Of a stretch of 64,000 nt of DNA, positions 47,067-56,774 are shown piece by piece (position 1 is the first letter of the stretch; each line of letters starts with the position of its first letter). The notes under the pieces are model-generated. The model saw only the letters and a program-made list of their open reading frames with translations. It ran no database searches and was not told the origin of the DNA. Both the position numbers and the translations under genes were made by a program. The stretch is from Deltaproteobacteria bacterium. GTDB taxonomy: Bacteria; Acidobacteriota; Thermoanaerobaculia; Multivoradales; JAHZIX01. The stretch covers positions 628,884-692,883 of the forward strand of contig JAHZIX010000045.1 in assembly GCA_022601195.1 (NCBI GenBank). The letters are read 5' to 3'.

Positions 47067-47876
47067 ATGAATGAATTCCTCGGACTTCCGCAAGTTGCCT
47101 CCGCTCACGGCGGAGCCCTCGACTCGCTAAACAGCCTGGTGCACTGGATGATGTTCATCATCTTCATCGGATGGGGTCTTCTCTTTCTCTACATGCTGTT
47201 TCGGTTCAGCGCGAAGCGAAATCCCAAAGCGGACTACCATGGGTTGAAGAGTCGTGCCTCTACCTATGGTGAAGTGGCCGTGGCCTTGGTCGAGGCTATT
47301 CTCCTCATTGGCTTTTCGATTCCTCTCTGGTCGGACCGGGTAGATGACTTTCCAGACCCCAGCGCCGCGGTGCAAGTACGAGTTGTCGCTGAGCAATTTG
47401 CCTGGAACATGCATTATCCAGGGCCTGACGGCACTTTTGGACGAACCGCAGTGGATTTGGTGGATGCGGAGACGAATCCCCTTGGGTTGGATTCAGAAGA
47501 CCCGGCGGCGGCGGACGACATCACGACCATCAACCAGCTTCACCTACCGGTAGACAAACCTGCGCTCATCTATGTGAGCTCCAAGGATGTGATCCACAGC
47601 TTCACTCTCAATCGCATGAGGGTGAAGCAAGACACCATCCCCGGGCTCGAGACACCGGTTTGGTTTACCCCCACGGTCACCACTGCTGAGATGGCAGAGC
47701 TGGAGGGGGCAGGCGACGACTTTAGCTATGAGATCTCCTGTTCTCAGCTCTGTGGGCTCGGTCACTACCGCATGCGTGGATTCTTGAAGATTCACACCCA
47801 GGAAGACTTCGATACCTGGCTGGTGGAGAACGCTCCCAGCGAAGATGCTGGCGACGAAGACGACTTCTGGAACTAG
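47067..47876 (+). CDS. ctaC: cytochrome c oxidase subunit II (CuA-containing, no fused cytochrome c domain)
   Basis: CuA ligands VIHSF ... CSQLCGLGHYRM. Two N-terminal TM helices. 269 aa. Confidence 0.85.
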   Translation: MNEFLGLPQVASAHGGALDSLNSLVHWMMFIIFIGWGLLFLYMLFRFSAKRNPKADYHGLKSRASTYGEVAVALVEAILLIGFSIPLWSDRVDDFPDPSAAVQVRVVAEQFAWNMHYPGPDGTFGRTAVDLVDAETNPLGLDSEDPAAADDITTINQLHLPVDKPALIYVSSKDVIHSFTLNRMRVKQDTIPGLETPVWFTPTVTTAEMAELEGAGDDFSYEISCSQLCGLGHYRMRGFLKIHTQEDFDTWLVENAPSEDAGDEDDFWN

Positions 47877-47948
47877 CGCCTTCTCTTCTTAGATGGAGTC
47901 GCTTTCGACCGGGAGTTGATGCGGTCGATCTTGCAGAAGGTTCCCTAG

Positions 47949-47975
47949 GCCTCAGCTGCTAGGCGCAGCTGAGGC
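47949..47975. terminator. perfect 11-bp inverted repeat hairpin (gcctcagctgc-taggc-gcagctgaggc) between convergent genes
   Basis: Read directly. No U-tract follows, so its terminator function is uncertain. Confidence 0.3.
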
Positions 47976-48052
47976 TCTATCCCAATCTGGACACACCACC
48001 CTACCGCCATGGTCAACAGGCCTTGGGTTCCGCTCCTCAGGCTTCAGCCCAT

Positions 48053-48820
48053 TCAACGGCCGGCGGGTACTTTGAGTACCTGGCCTGGCCGGATGGTATT
48101 GGAGCGAAGGCCATTGTCTGCCTTGAGGCGATGCACCGTCGTTCTGTGACGCTGGGCGATCCTCCAAAGCGTATCCCCGGGGGAGACTCGATAGTTGCCG
48201 GTTCCGGGCGCAGAGGCCTTTCGTTTTAGGTAGGCTGAGTATTGCTGCGGAAATAGCGCTACATGATAGTGCGGTGGGAAGCGCTCATAATTTGCCTCGA
48301 GCACGCCCTTTCCTTCAAGGGAAAGCAGGACCCCCTCGAGCCAGCGCCGGCAAGCGCGGCGGCGGCTACGGCGTAAATCCAGAGCCATCCCAGTTGGGTG
48401 AACGGAGCGAGGAGAAGCGTTCCGGGGCTGGTGGGATCTGGGCCGGGTCAAGCTGGTTACCACCAGCTTTTCACCGCATGCACCTTGGTACTGCCGGGCG
48501 AGCCGCTGGACAAAAGTCCGGACCTCGGGCCGAGCGTAGGGAAATGAAACTCCAGCCAAGTCGAAATGGCTATTTGCCTTCACGGGTACCAACCAGCCCT
48601 TCCGGACGAATCGCCGCACCGCGGTTGGGTTAGACAGGTAAGTGAAATCGTGCACCTTCGCTGCTCGAGCCTGGCGATCCATGGATCCTCGCCCGCCTCG
48701 CAAGCTCGTAGAAGCCAGCAGGTCTCCTCCAAGAAAGACTGAGATCACTAAGATGCAGAGGATTCGGAAAGGATGGGGTCGAGAGTGCTCGAAGGATTTC
48801 TTTGACAGAGAAAAGGGCAC
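48053..48820 (-). CDS. LysM-domain peptidoglycan-binding protein with an M15-like (Hedgehog/DD-peptidase) region
   Basis: C-terminal LysM (YRVSPGDTLWRIAQRHRTTVHRLKADNGL). SVHPTGMALDL resembles the M15 zinc-ligand context. Confidence 0.5.
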   Translation of the reverse strand: MPFSLSKKSFEHSRPHPFRILCILVISVFLGGDLLASTSLRGGRGSMDRQARAAKVHDFTYLSNPTAVRRFVRKGWLVPVKANSHFDLAGVSFPYARPEVRTFVQRLARQYQGACGEKLVVTSLTRPRSHQPRNASPRSVHPTGMALDLRRSRRRACRRWLEGVLLSLEGKGVLEANYERFPPHYHVALFPQQYSAYLKRKASAPGTGNYRVSPGDTLWRIAQRHRTTVHRLKADNGLRSNTIRPGQVLKVPAGR

Positions 48821-49045
48821 GATAGTGACTCGATGGAAATCTCGGGCAGCTCGTCCAGCTCATTCATAGGGCCGCTAAACCATTCAGAATCTATAGTTTC
48901 CAACAATCAGGCAGAACTTGTCAATCCTTCTAGCCATGGGTTGCTGTTTCCAAAGGCCTCACGGTGGGAGGTACAGCAGTAAGAAACGCGTAACGTTCTA
49001 CGCGGTCGTGTACTACTTTTCAAACCGAGATCAGGTTCTGTTGGT

Positions 49046-49954
49046 CTAGGAGCCCTCGAGGATGGGATAGCCTTCCGTGGCTACCCGCTTACGGAAGAGC
49101 TCCGTTAGCTGGCCGGTAAGATCACCAGGGGTGCCGAGACCAATCTTTCTACCGTCAACCTCTGTTACGGCGGCCAACTCACCCATGGTTCCGGTACAGA
49201 ACATTTCTTCGGCTCGATAGATCTCGGTCAAAGAGAGATCACGTATCTGGTGCTCTATCTCGTTGGCCTGGCAAATTTCGAGCACAGTGGCTCGAGTGAT
49301 GCCCTCCGGGCAGGCGTGGGTAAAGCCGGTCACGACCTTCTTTCCTTCGACGATAAACACGTGGGTAGCATTCGTTTCCGCAACGAAACCTCGTAGATCG
49401 AGCATCAGGGCATCGTCGGCACCGGCGGCGTTGGCTTGAATCTTAGCCAATATCGATTGAAGGAGGTTGGCGTGGTGGATCTTCGGGTCGAGGCAATCGG
49501 GGGGAAACCGTCGCATGGCGCTGGTTGCCAACTTCAAGCCTGCCGTCGAATAAACCGGAGCCTTGAACTCCGGGAGAACAATCAGAGTCGGGCCCGCCTG
49601 ATTGAGACGAGGATCCATGCCGGAGGTAATCTTCTCTCCTCGAGTCAGAGTGAGCCGGAGATGAACGCCGTCCTCCATCTCGTTGGCCTCGAGAGTTCGC
49701 CGAATCTCATCGGTGAGCTGCTCGTGGCTCGGAATTTCCGTAAAGGCCAGTGCCTTTGCCGAGTCCCGTAGTCGGTCCAGGTGCTCGATGAGCTTGAAGA
49801 TACGGCCCCGGTACAGGCGGAGGCCTTCCCAGACCGCATCCCCTCCTTGGACTGAGCTATCGAAAGGGCTAACTCTGGCTTGGTCCCGGTGGACCAACTC
49901 TCCATTGACGTTGACGATCAGGTGACGATTTCGGGCATCGAATTTCTGTAGCAT
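49046..49954 (-). CDS. class IV aminotransferase (branched-chain / D-amino-acid aminotransferase family)
   Basis: IFKLIEHLDRLRDSAK, EMFCTGTMGELAAVTEVDGRKIG. 302 aa. Confidence 0.75.
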   Translation of the reverse strand: MLQKFDARNRHLIVNVNGELVHRDQARVSPFDSSVQGGDAVWEGLRLYRGRIFKLIEHLDRLRDSAKALAFTEIPSHEQLTDEIRRTLEANEMEDGVHLRLTLTRGEKITSGMDPRLNQAGPTLIVLPEFKAPVYSTAGLKLATSAMRRFPPDCLDPKIHHANLLQSILAKIQANAAGADDALMLDLRGFVAETNATHVFIVEGKKVVTGFTHACPEGITRATVLEICQANEIEHQIRDLSLTEIYRAEEMFCTGTMGELAAVTEVDGRKIGLGTPGDLTGQLTELFRKRVATEGYPILEGS

Positions 49955-49966
49955 GTCGCTCGTCTT

Positions 49967-50719
49967 TCAGGCGTTGAGGAGGCGATGAGAATGGAGTTTC
50001 TGGTAGTACTCAACGCACTGCCGGTGAACCTCTTTCAACGGTTCCGGAAGAGACAGGTCTTTGGGGACGAAGGGTTTGAAGCCGGAAGACTGCGCCACCG
50101 TGGAGTACCAATGCTTAGCCCAGACTCCATCGGTATCCCGGGGGCCTGGTTTCCAAGACAGCATGGATTCCCGAAACGGCACTCCTAGGCTTTCACAGAG
50201 CCTAGTCAACATGCCGTGAGGGTTCTCCAGGATATCTTTGGAGTCAAGAACCGGCGGCGGGCTACCGGTGGTTCGACGAACTCGCTCAAACAGCTCCCAT
50301 TGTTGAGGGAGGCCCGTGTCTGAAAGCTCAGGCCGTGGGGTTACCTGCATGAGAGAAGTCAGCATTTCCAGAGGGTCCCGGATCAGGAAGCAATGGCTGA
50401 GGGAACTCAACCACTCTCTACCAACCTCCGGGAGGAGGTGATGGGCCATGTGTTTCTGGTAGAAGATGCTCTTGCCCTGGGGAATCGGCCCTAGCAGCCA
50501 TTGAGCTACGACTCTCCAGTCCTGTTCATGGGCGGCGAGAACTTCGTCTCGGCCGGGATGATCCAGCTGGGTCTCCCGAAGATAGTGAGCATAGAGTGGC
50601 TCATCGCAGACGAAGGTGTCACTTCTAGCTCCCCAGGACCGCATCATCGCCGTGGAGATATTTCGAGGACCGGACCACATGGCGATGCGTATCTCACTGG
50701 GTGTGCTCGTTGGAGGCAT
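49967..50719 (-). CDS. sulfotransferase-family protein
   Basis: 5'-PSB-like IAMWSGPRNISTAMMRSW; 250 aa. Confidence 0.5.
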   Translation of the reverse strand: MPPTSTPSEIRIAMWSGPRNISTAMMRSWGARSDTFVCDEPLYAHYLRETQLDHPGRDEVLAAHEQDWRVVAQWLLGPIPQGKSIFYQKHMAHHLLPEVGREWLSSLSHCFLIRDPLEMLTSLMQVTPRPELSDTGLPQQWELFERVRRTTGSPPPVLDSKDILENPHGMLTRLCESLGVPFRESMLSWKPGPRDTDGVWAKHWYSTVAQSSGFKPFVPKDLSLPEPLKEVHRQCVEYYQKLHSHRLLNA

Positions 50720-51055
50720 GAGCCTGGATTCTCCTAGTCTAGTTTTGTCGGTAGGAGTCTATCGTCTGCGATTCAACGGCCGAGGGAAAAACGGACTCTG
50801 TCTCCGAAGGGGCCCCAGGTTGCAGCTTTCTGTTGGAGTAGCCCAGGCCACCTCGGGGTTGCTGGCGGTTCTTTACTTTGATCCACCAGCAAATCTGCCC
50901 TTTCTGGTCCAGGAGCAACCTTCACCACCCTCCAAAGAGTGAGCTGATGACTGCTTCGGTACGTCCAGGCCCGTCACCATCTAGATGGGTGGGAGCGACG
51001 GCCACTCACCTTCCCAGGCTGCCGGGCAAAAAAGCATCTGCCGAGGCGCTGGATC

Positions 51056-52252
51056 TCAGGACTCGGAATGCCACCCTTGCAGCCAGGGCAAGAGCATCTC
51101 ACGGGCCATTGGGCGGGAGATCAAGTAGCCCTGAACCTCATCACAGCCGAGTTGAGCTGCCAGCACCCAATCCTGCTGGGTCTCGACTCCTTCGGCAACC
51201 ACCCTCATTTCCAACTTGTGGGCTAACTCCACGCTCGAGCTGAGAATTGCCCTGGCGCCAGTCCCTTCCACGGCCCCGCGAATGAAGCTGCGATCTAGCT
51301 TCAGCTCCCCGAAAGGGATTCGCTCGAGCTGTTGAAGGGTCGAGTAGCCGGTGCCAAAGTCGTCGATAGAAAGGCCGAATCCCTTCAAGCGGAACCGGGT
51401 CAAGATATCCAAAGCTCGAATCGGTTCCTGGGCTAGGCTGCTCTCCGTAATCTCGACGGTGAACTGGCTCGGCGCTACGCCATGGGTAAGGGCCAGGGCG
51501 GTCAATTCGTCTGGGAGAGCCAGGTGGTGCAGGGATTGAACGGAGAAATTTACCGAAACTCCCATCTCCTGGCCAGCTTTCTTCCATTGGCCACAATCTT
51601 CAAAGGCCCGTTCGAAGACCAGCTGAGTCAGCTCGTCGATGAGCCCCAGCTTCTCTACCTGCGCAATGAATGCCCCCGCGGTGAGGAGGCCAAGGTCAGG
51701 ATGGTTCATCCTCGCTAGAGCTTCCACTCCACAGACTCGGCGGGAGCTCAGGTGGACCTTCGGTTGGTAGTGAACATCGATCGCTCCTTCGTTGACCGCG
51801 CGACGCACTTCCTCGTCCGACAGTTGTGGAATCGGAGTCTGGGGGGTTGGCAAAGAGGTTCGCCGGGAGGCCTGGAGGAACTTTCGGAGCTCCGTGGGGT
51901 GAAATGGCTTGGTGAGCGATCCGACGACCCTCAACCCCCGCTCTCGGGCAATTTTCTCTGCCGCCTTGATCAACCGCTTATCGACTCCACTGACTAGAAT
52001 CAGCCCGGCTTGACACTCTTCTGCCGCCAGGAAGCGAATGATCTCCACGCCGTCGACTCTCGGCAGGTGTAAATCGAGAATGACGACGCTGTAGGAGGCC
52101 AGATTTTCCCCATGAAGGGTCTCGAAATCGGCTGAGATGGCAGTCTCAAAGCCACATTTTTCGGCGATGCGGCCAATGAGAGCGCCAATCTCGGGATCGT
52201 CTTCGACAATGAGCAGTCGCTCCCGCAGCTCTGGTCCCGGACTACTGTCCAC
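51056..52252 (-). CDS. response regulator receiver + EAL domain protein (c-di-GMP phosphodiesterase)
   Basis: REC (LLIVEDDPEIG...ILDLHLPRVDG). EAL with EALAR (GVEALARM), DDFGTGYS, and EGVE of the EAL catalytic motifs. Start likely GTG at ~52252 (VDSSPGPELRERLLIVEDD) rather than the track's 52441. Confidence 0.75.
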   Translation of the reverse strand: MDSSPGPELRERLLIVEDDPEIGALIGRIAEKCGFETAISADFETLHGENLASYSVVILDLHLPRVDGVEIIRFLAAEECQAGLILVSGVDKRLIKAAEKIARERGLRVVGSLTKPFHPTELRKFLQASRRTSLPTPQTPIPQLSDEEVRRAVNEGAIDVHYQPKVHLSSRRVCGVEALARMNHPDLGLLTAGAFIAQVEKLGLIDELTQLVFERAFEDCGQWKKAGQEMGVSVNFSVQSLHHLALPDELTALALTHGVAPSQFTVEITESSLAQEPIRALDILTRFRLKGFGLSIDDFGTGYSTLQQLERIPFGELKLDRSFIRGAVEGTGARAILSSSVELAHKLEMRVVAEGVETQQDWVLAAQLGCDEVQGYLISRPMAREMLLPWLQGWHSES

Positions 52253-52332
52253 AGGCCAACTCGTCGACTCGAGCTCGCCTACACCTCCCTGAGCCTCTGT
52301 CTTCCGTTTCGGCTCGTCGCCGGTGGGAGTAG

Positions 52333-55300
52333 TCAATGGACCTCCTGTCGAGATTCGACGGGTCGTTGATCCAGGGCTTGGCGGACCAGCTTGCCCAATT
52401 CGTGTACGACGAAAGGTTTTTGCATAGAGAAGTCTACGCACTCGGAAGAGACAGAACCAGTCAAGAAGCCGCTGACGACAATGACCGGTATCTTTGGGTT
52501 AGCGACCTTGGCTGCTTGAGCGAGTTCCGTTCCGGAAACTCCAGGCATGGTCTGATCTGTGATCAACAGATCATAGCCCATGGGCGAGTCTCGGAACGCC
52601 TGAAGGGCTTCAGTACCACTTGTCAGAACCTTCACATTGTAGCCAAGGCCTTCCAGTACCACCCCGAGCATTTCAGCGATATCTTCTTCGTCATCCACCA
52701 CCAGTATCCGCTCCCGGCCAGACAGGGCAACTTCTTCCGAAGAGGTTTCCTCTTCCAGGTCAGCCGTGCAGCAGGGAAGATAAACCTTGAATTCGGACCC
52801 CGCTCCAACTTCCGAGGAGACGAAAACCTTGCCGCCGATACCTTTGACGATACCGTGGACCACAGATAGCCCCAAGCCGGTACCGCTACCCACTTTTCGG
52901 GTGGTGAAGAAGGGGTCGAATATCTTGTCCAGCATCGACCGCTCCATCCCTTGGCCGGTGTCGCGAACGGTTAATCGAGCATTCTGCCCCACGGACAGCT
53001 CCGGATTGGCTTTCCGGTCGTTGGCCGTGAGGCATACCATCTCGAGGACGATCGTGAGCTTGCCCGGTTGTCCATCCATCGCTTGGTAGGCGTTAGTGCA
53101 GAGATTCATGATGACTTGGTGAACCTGGGTTGGGTCCGCCAAGACGGGAAGGCAATCAGGCTGAATGCTCTCTTGAATCTCAATGTTGGACGGTAGGGAA
53201 GGTCTCAACAATTCCAAGGCCTCCGCTACCACTGCCTGAACATGGATGGGGCGATGCTCCTGCTTCTCTTGATGACTAAAGGTAAGAATGTGACCAATGA
53301 GTTTCTTGGCTCTCTCCCCGGCCTTGATGACTCTTCGGAGGTAGTCGGAGGTTTCCGAGTGAGCCGGCAGAGTCTCCAGGGAAATGATCGTGTAGCCGAG
53401 AATGGACTGAAGGATGTTGTTGAAATCGTGGGCGATGCCTCCCGCCAAGGTGCCTATGGCATCCATTTTCTGGCTTAGGTAGAGCTGCTTCTCCAACTGT
53501 CTGACCTGAGTGATGTCGGTTCCGGAGCTAATCACACTGGCTTCAGAGCCTTCCTCGGTCGGTAGAGTACTGGTGTGCCAGGCTACGACTCTTCGACTTT
53601 GGTCGCAGGTGATCAACGAGTGTTCGGAGTATTCGTCCTCCTCGCAGTTCAGCATTCGGCGCCGAGCTTCTTCGCGGTCTTTCTCGGGAACAAAGTTGTC
53701 AAACCAGTCTTTTCCGATGATCTCGTGGTCTGAATACCCCAGCACTCGACAGCCCTTGCGGTTGATAGCGGCGACGGTGCCAGAGGGAGTCAAGGCCACC
53801 ATGAGTGTTTCAACCACCTCAAAGTAGGTCTGTGCTCTTTCCTTCTCCTGGTTCAGGGCCCGTTCTTTGGCGAGCCGTTCGGCCATCTCTCCCTTCAGAG
53901 CTTCGTTGGTACGGTTGAGCTCCGAGGCCCAACGCAGTTTTCTCGCTTGGGAGCGAAGTAGTAGAGCGACAGCAGCACCGATGGCCAGGCTGTAGAAGAG
54001 ATAGGCCCACTTCGTCTGCCAGGGTGCGGCTAGAGCTTCGACCTGAATACTGAGGCCGTCTTCATTCCACAGGCCGTCATTGTTGGAGGCCTTGACGCGG
54101 AACAAGTATTGGCCGGCGTCCAGATTGGTGTAGGTGGCCCTACGGCGGGTGCCCGCATCGACCCAATCCGGGTCGAATCCCTCCAGCTTGTGCATGTAGC
54201 GATTCTTCTCCGGTGCGGTGTAGTCGAGGGCCGAGAATTCGAACGCCACCACCCGGTCTTGGTGCGTCAGAGTTACCTCTCGGAGGTCCACGAGAGCTCC
54301 CTCCGGGGCGACCGCTTGGTTGAGTTTCAGAAATGCCGTGAGCACCACCGGAGGAGGGTGCTGATTGCCGCGGATCTCCGCTGGGAAAAAAGAGTTGAAG
54401 CCGTTGATGCCGCCAAAGAACATCTCTCCATTTCCCGCCCGAAAGACAGCAGCAAAGTTGAATTCGCCGCTTTGCAGGCCATGGCTCGCGTCGTAATTGA
54501 CCACAGTCCGCGTAGCCGGGTCCAGCTTTGAAAGCCCTCCATTGGTGCTGACCCAAAGAGCTCCGGAATCGTCCCAGAGAGTTGCGTTGACGATTCCGCT
54601 GGGGAGCCCGTCCCGCTTGGTGAAGTGGCTAAATCGAACCGTTCCTTGTTCAAAGTCCTTTCTGTCCCACCGATTGAGGCCCCCTCCCTGAGTACCGAGC
54701 CAGAGGTTCCCGGCAGGGTCTTCATCCAGGCTCCAGATGTTGTCGCTACTCAGGCTCAAGGGGTCATCGGGGTCATGGCGATAGGAGGTGAAGGTCTTTG
54801 TTTCCGGATGAAAACGGTTGAGGCCTCCCCCGTCTGTACCCACCCAGAGGTGACCTCGGCGGTCTTCCAAGAGTGTGAGGACACGATCGCTGCCCAAGCT
54901 GCTGGAGTCCCCTGGGTCGTGCCGAAACCTCTCAAAGGTCCCGGAAGGGCTGTCCATACGGTTGAGGCCCCCTCGATAGGTGCCGACCCAGAGATGTTCT
55001 GAGCTGTCCTCGAATACCACCGTCACCGCGTTGGAAGATAGGCTTCGAGGATTCGATGGATCGTTTTGGAAGCGGTCGAAGCTCTGGCCGTCCTCCGCCA
55101 ACCTATTCAAGCCACCACTGATCGTGCCGGCCCAAAGGGTGCCCCCACGATCCGAAAACAAGGACATGACACGGTCGTCGCTGAGGCTGCGTGGGTCGGA
55201 AGCCTGATGACGGAAGTGTTTGAAGGTCCCGTCCGCAGGGTCCATGAGATTGAGGCCACCTCCATGGGTACCGATCCAGATCTTCCCGTCGAGGGCCTCG

Positions 55301-56634
55301 CTGAAGGAAGTCACGTAGTTATTGCTCAGTCCCTTCAGGTTTCCTGGCCAGCTGCGAACATGGCGAAAAGTCGGGTTAAAGGTGTTCCACTTGTTGAGGC
55401 CGCCAAATGTGCCCACCCAGAGAACGCCACCGGCATCCTGAAACAAAGAAAGCACCGTGTTGTGACTCAGAGTGAAGGAGTCGACGGGGTTGTGCTGATA
55501 TCGCACGAAGCTTTCCGTATCGGGGCGCCACTCGAGGAGCCCTTCGTCGGTGCCTATCCATAGGATCCCCTGTCGATCCTGAAAGATCGACCGGACGCCG
55601 TTTGCGGGCAGGCAGGTGGGATCATCGGGTTTGGCCCTGAAAGTGTCGAAGGTCCCCGTTTTCCGGTCTAAGCGGGACAGTCCGCTTTCGTAGGTCCCAA
55701 CCCAGAGAGTCTGGGAACTGTCTTCGAACACCGCCCTTACTTTGTTTCCACTCAGGGAGGTGGGGTCCTCAGGGTGGTGACGAAAGTGGGTGAAGGTTTC
55801 GCTGTCGGCTTCGAAGCGATCCAGGCCTCCCCCTTCGGAGCCGATCCAAAGTGTGCCCTCGCGGTCTCGGAAGATGCTTCGAATAGCATTGTGCCCAAGA
55901 CTCGAGGGGTCGTCGGGATGGTGAACAAATCGTTGGAACCGACCTGTTTCAGGGTCAAAGCGATTGAGGCCGCCACCGTCCGTGCCGACCCAGAACTGGC
56001 CTAGGCCATCGAGGTGTAGGGCTCTGACGCGGTTGTCGCTAAGGCTCGTTGGGTCAGAGGGATCGTGTTGAAATCGGGTGAAGCTTCCGGTAGCTCTATC
56101 CAGCAGATTCAAGCCACCGCCATCGGTGCCGACCCAGAGGCGGCCTTCTTGATCCACGAGTACAGCCTTGATCGAGTCATGAGCTAGGGAAGACGGGTCT
56201 CTGGGGTCGTGGAGGAAGGTGTGGAACTCATAGCCATCATAGCGATTGAGGCCTTCCTGGGTTCCGAACCACATAAAGCCGTCGTGGTCCTGAGTCGTGC
56301 TAGTGACAAAAGCTTGGGAAAGACCACTTTCGAGCGAAATTCTCTGAAAGCGGAGGCTCTTCCCTGGTTCCTCCGAGGCGGTCGCCCCAAAACCTAGGGA
56401 GAGAGCCAACGAGATAGAGAGAGCGATAGGAAGGGATCCTCTGGTCCACCTAGAAGGTTCTTTCACCTTTCCCTGTGGGAATCGCTTCGGCCTCGCTCCG
56501 CCCCACGGCTTGGTAGAAATCGCTTCCCGGTGGGGTCCAGCTGTCGGTCGAATATTGCCAAAGGCGTAGGGAAGCATAGGGTATTTCTGGACTTGAGTGG
56601 GGCTAGGAGCCATTCCAGACCGCGGAGTCTCCAA
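52333..56634 (-). CDS. hybrid sensor histidine kinase with a large periplasmic two-component-regulator beta-propeller (Reg_prop/Y_Y_Y) sensor, PAS, HisKA, HATPase and C-terminal receiver
   Basis: About 14 repeats of ~45 aa ending L(W/F)(V/I)GT..GGL.R(F/L). One TM (WAYLFYSLAIGAAVALLL). H-box AHDFNN. G-box GTGLGLS. REC ILVVDDEEDI...D. Confidence 0.8.
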   Translation of the reverse strand: METPRSGMAPSPTQVQKYPMLPYAFGNIRPTAGPHREAISTKPWGGARPKRFPQGKVKEPSRWTRGSLPIALSISLALSLGFGATASEEPGKSLRFQRISLESGLSQAFVTSTTQDHDGFMWFGTQEGLNRYDGYEFHTFLHDPRDPSSLAHDSIKAVLVDQEGRLWVGTDGGGLNLLDRATGSFTRFQHDPSDPTSLSDNRVRALHLDGLGQFWVGTDGGGLNRFDPETGRFQRFVHHPDDPSSLGHNAIRSIFRDREGTLWIGSEGGGLDRFEADSETFTHFRHHPEDPTSLSGNKVRAVFEDSSQTLWVGTYESGLSRLDRKTGTFDTFRAKPDDPTCLPANGVRSIFQDRQGILWIGTDEGLLEWRPDTESFVRYQHNPVDSFTLSHNTVLSLFQDAGGVLWVGTFGGLNKWNTFNPTFRHVRSWPGNLKGLSNNYVTSFSEALDGKIWIGTHGGGLNLMDPADGTFKHFRHQASDPRSLSDDRVMSLFSDRGGTLWAGTISGGLNRLAEDGQSFDRFQNDPSNPRSLSSNAVTVVFEDSSEHLWVGTYRGGLNRMDSPSGTFERFRHDPGDSSSLGSDRVLTLLEDRRGHLWVGTDGGGLNRFHPETKTFTSYRHDPDDPLSLSSDNIWSLDEDPAGNLWLGTQGGGLNRWDRKDFEQGTVRFSHFTKRDGLPSGIVNATLWDDSGALWVSTNGGLSKLDPATRTVVNYDASHGLQSGEFNFAAVFRAGNGEMFFGGINGFNSFFPAEIRGNQHPPPVVLTAFLKLNQAVAPEGALVDLREVTLTHQDRVVAFEFSALDYTAPEKNRYMHKLEGFDPDWVDAGTRRRATYTNLDAGQYLFRVKASNNDGLWNEDGLSIQVEALAAPWQTKWAYLFYSLAIGAAVALLLRSQARKLRWASELNRTNEALKGEMAERLAKERALNQEKERAQTYFEVVETLMVALTPSGTVAAINRKGCRVLGYSDHEIIGKDWFDNFVPEKDREEARRRMLNCEEDEYSEHSLITCDQSRRVVAWHTSTLPTEEGSEASVISSGTDITQVRQLEKQLYLSQKMDAIGTLAGGIAHDFNNILQSILGYTIISLETLPAHSETSDYLRRVIKAGERAKKLIGHILTFSHQEKQEHRPIHVQAVVAEALELLRPSLPSNIEIQESIQPDCLPVLADPTQVHQVIMNLCTNAYQAMDGQPGKLTIVLEMVCLTANDRKANPELSVGQNARLTVRDTGQGMERSMLDKIFDPFFTTRKVGSGTGLGLSVVHGIVKGIGGKVFVSSEVGAGSEFKVYLPCCTADLEEETSSEEVALSGRERILVVDDEEDIAEMLGVVLEGLGYNVKVLTSGTEALQAFRDSPMGYDLLITDQTMPGVSGTELAQAAKVANPKIPVIVVSGFLTGSVSSECVDFSMQKPFVVHELGKLVRQALDQRPVESRQEVH

Positions 56635-56774
56635 AGCCTGTCCACAGGCGGTGGATTTCCTAAACTCATTCCTTCCTCTTGAGTCATGCCGGGTAGCACA
56701 AGAGCCTCATTCTTCCACGGTTGTAGGCTTTTCGAGAAATCCGCAATCCTCGATTTTCTTTAAGCGAAGAGACG

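Noticed and set aside
48821-49045. Low-GC intergenic patch searched for tRNA, tmRNA or integration-site signatures
   Set aside because: No GGTTCGAATCC-like T-arm, no acceptor-stem complementarity and no direct repeats were found. It is likely just a promoter/terminator region between convergent and tandem genes.
52253-52441. N-terminal extension of the REC-EAL ORF overlapping the kinase gene
   Set aside because: The extension is Arg/Pro/Thr-rich with no function. The receiver domain begins ~8 aa after a GTG at ~52252. Genes on the same strand overlapping by >100 nt are implausible.
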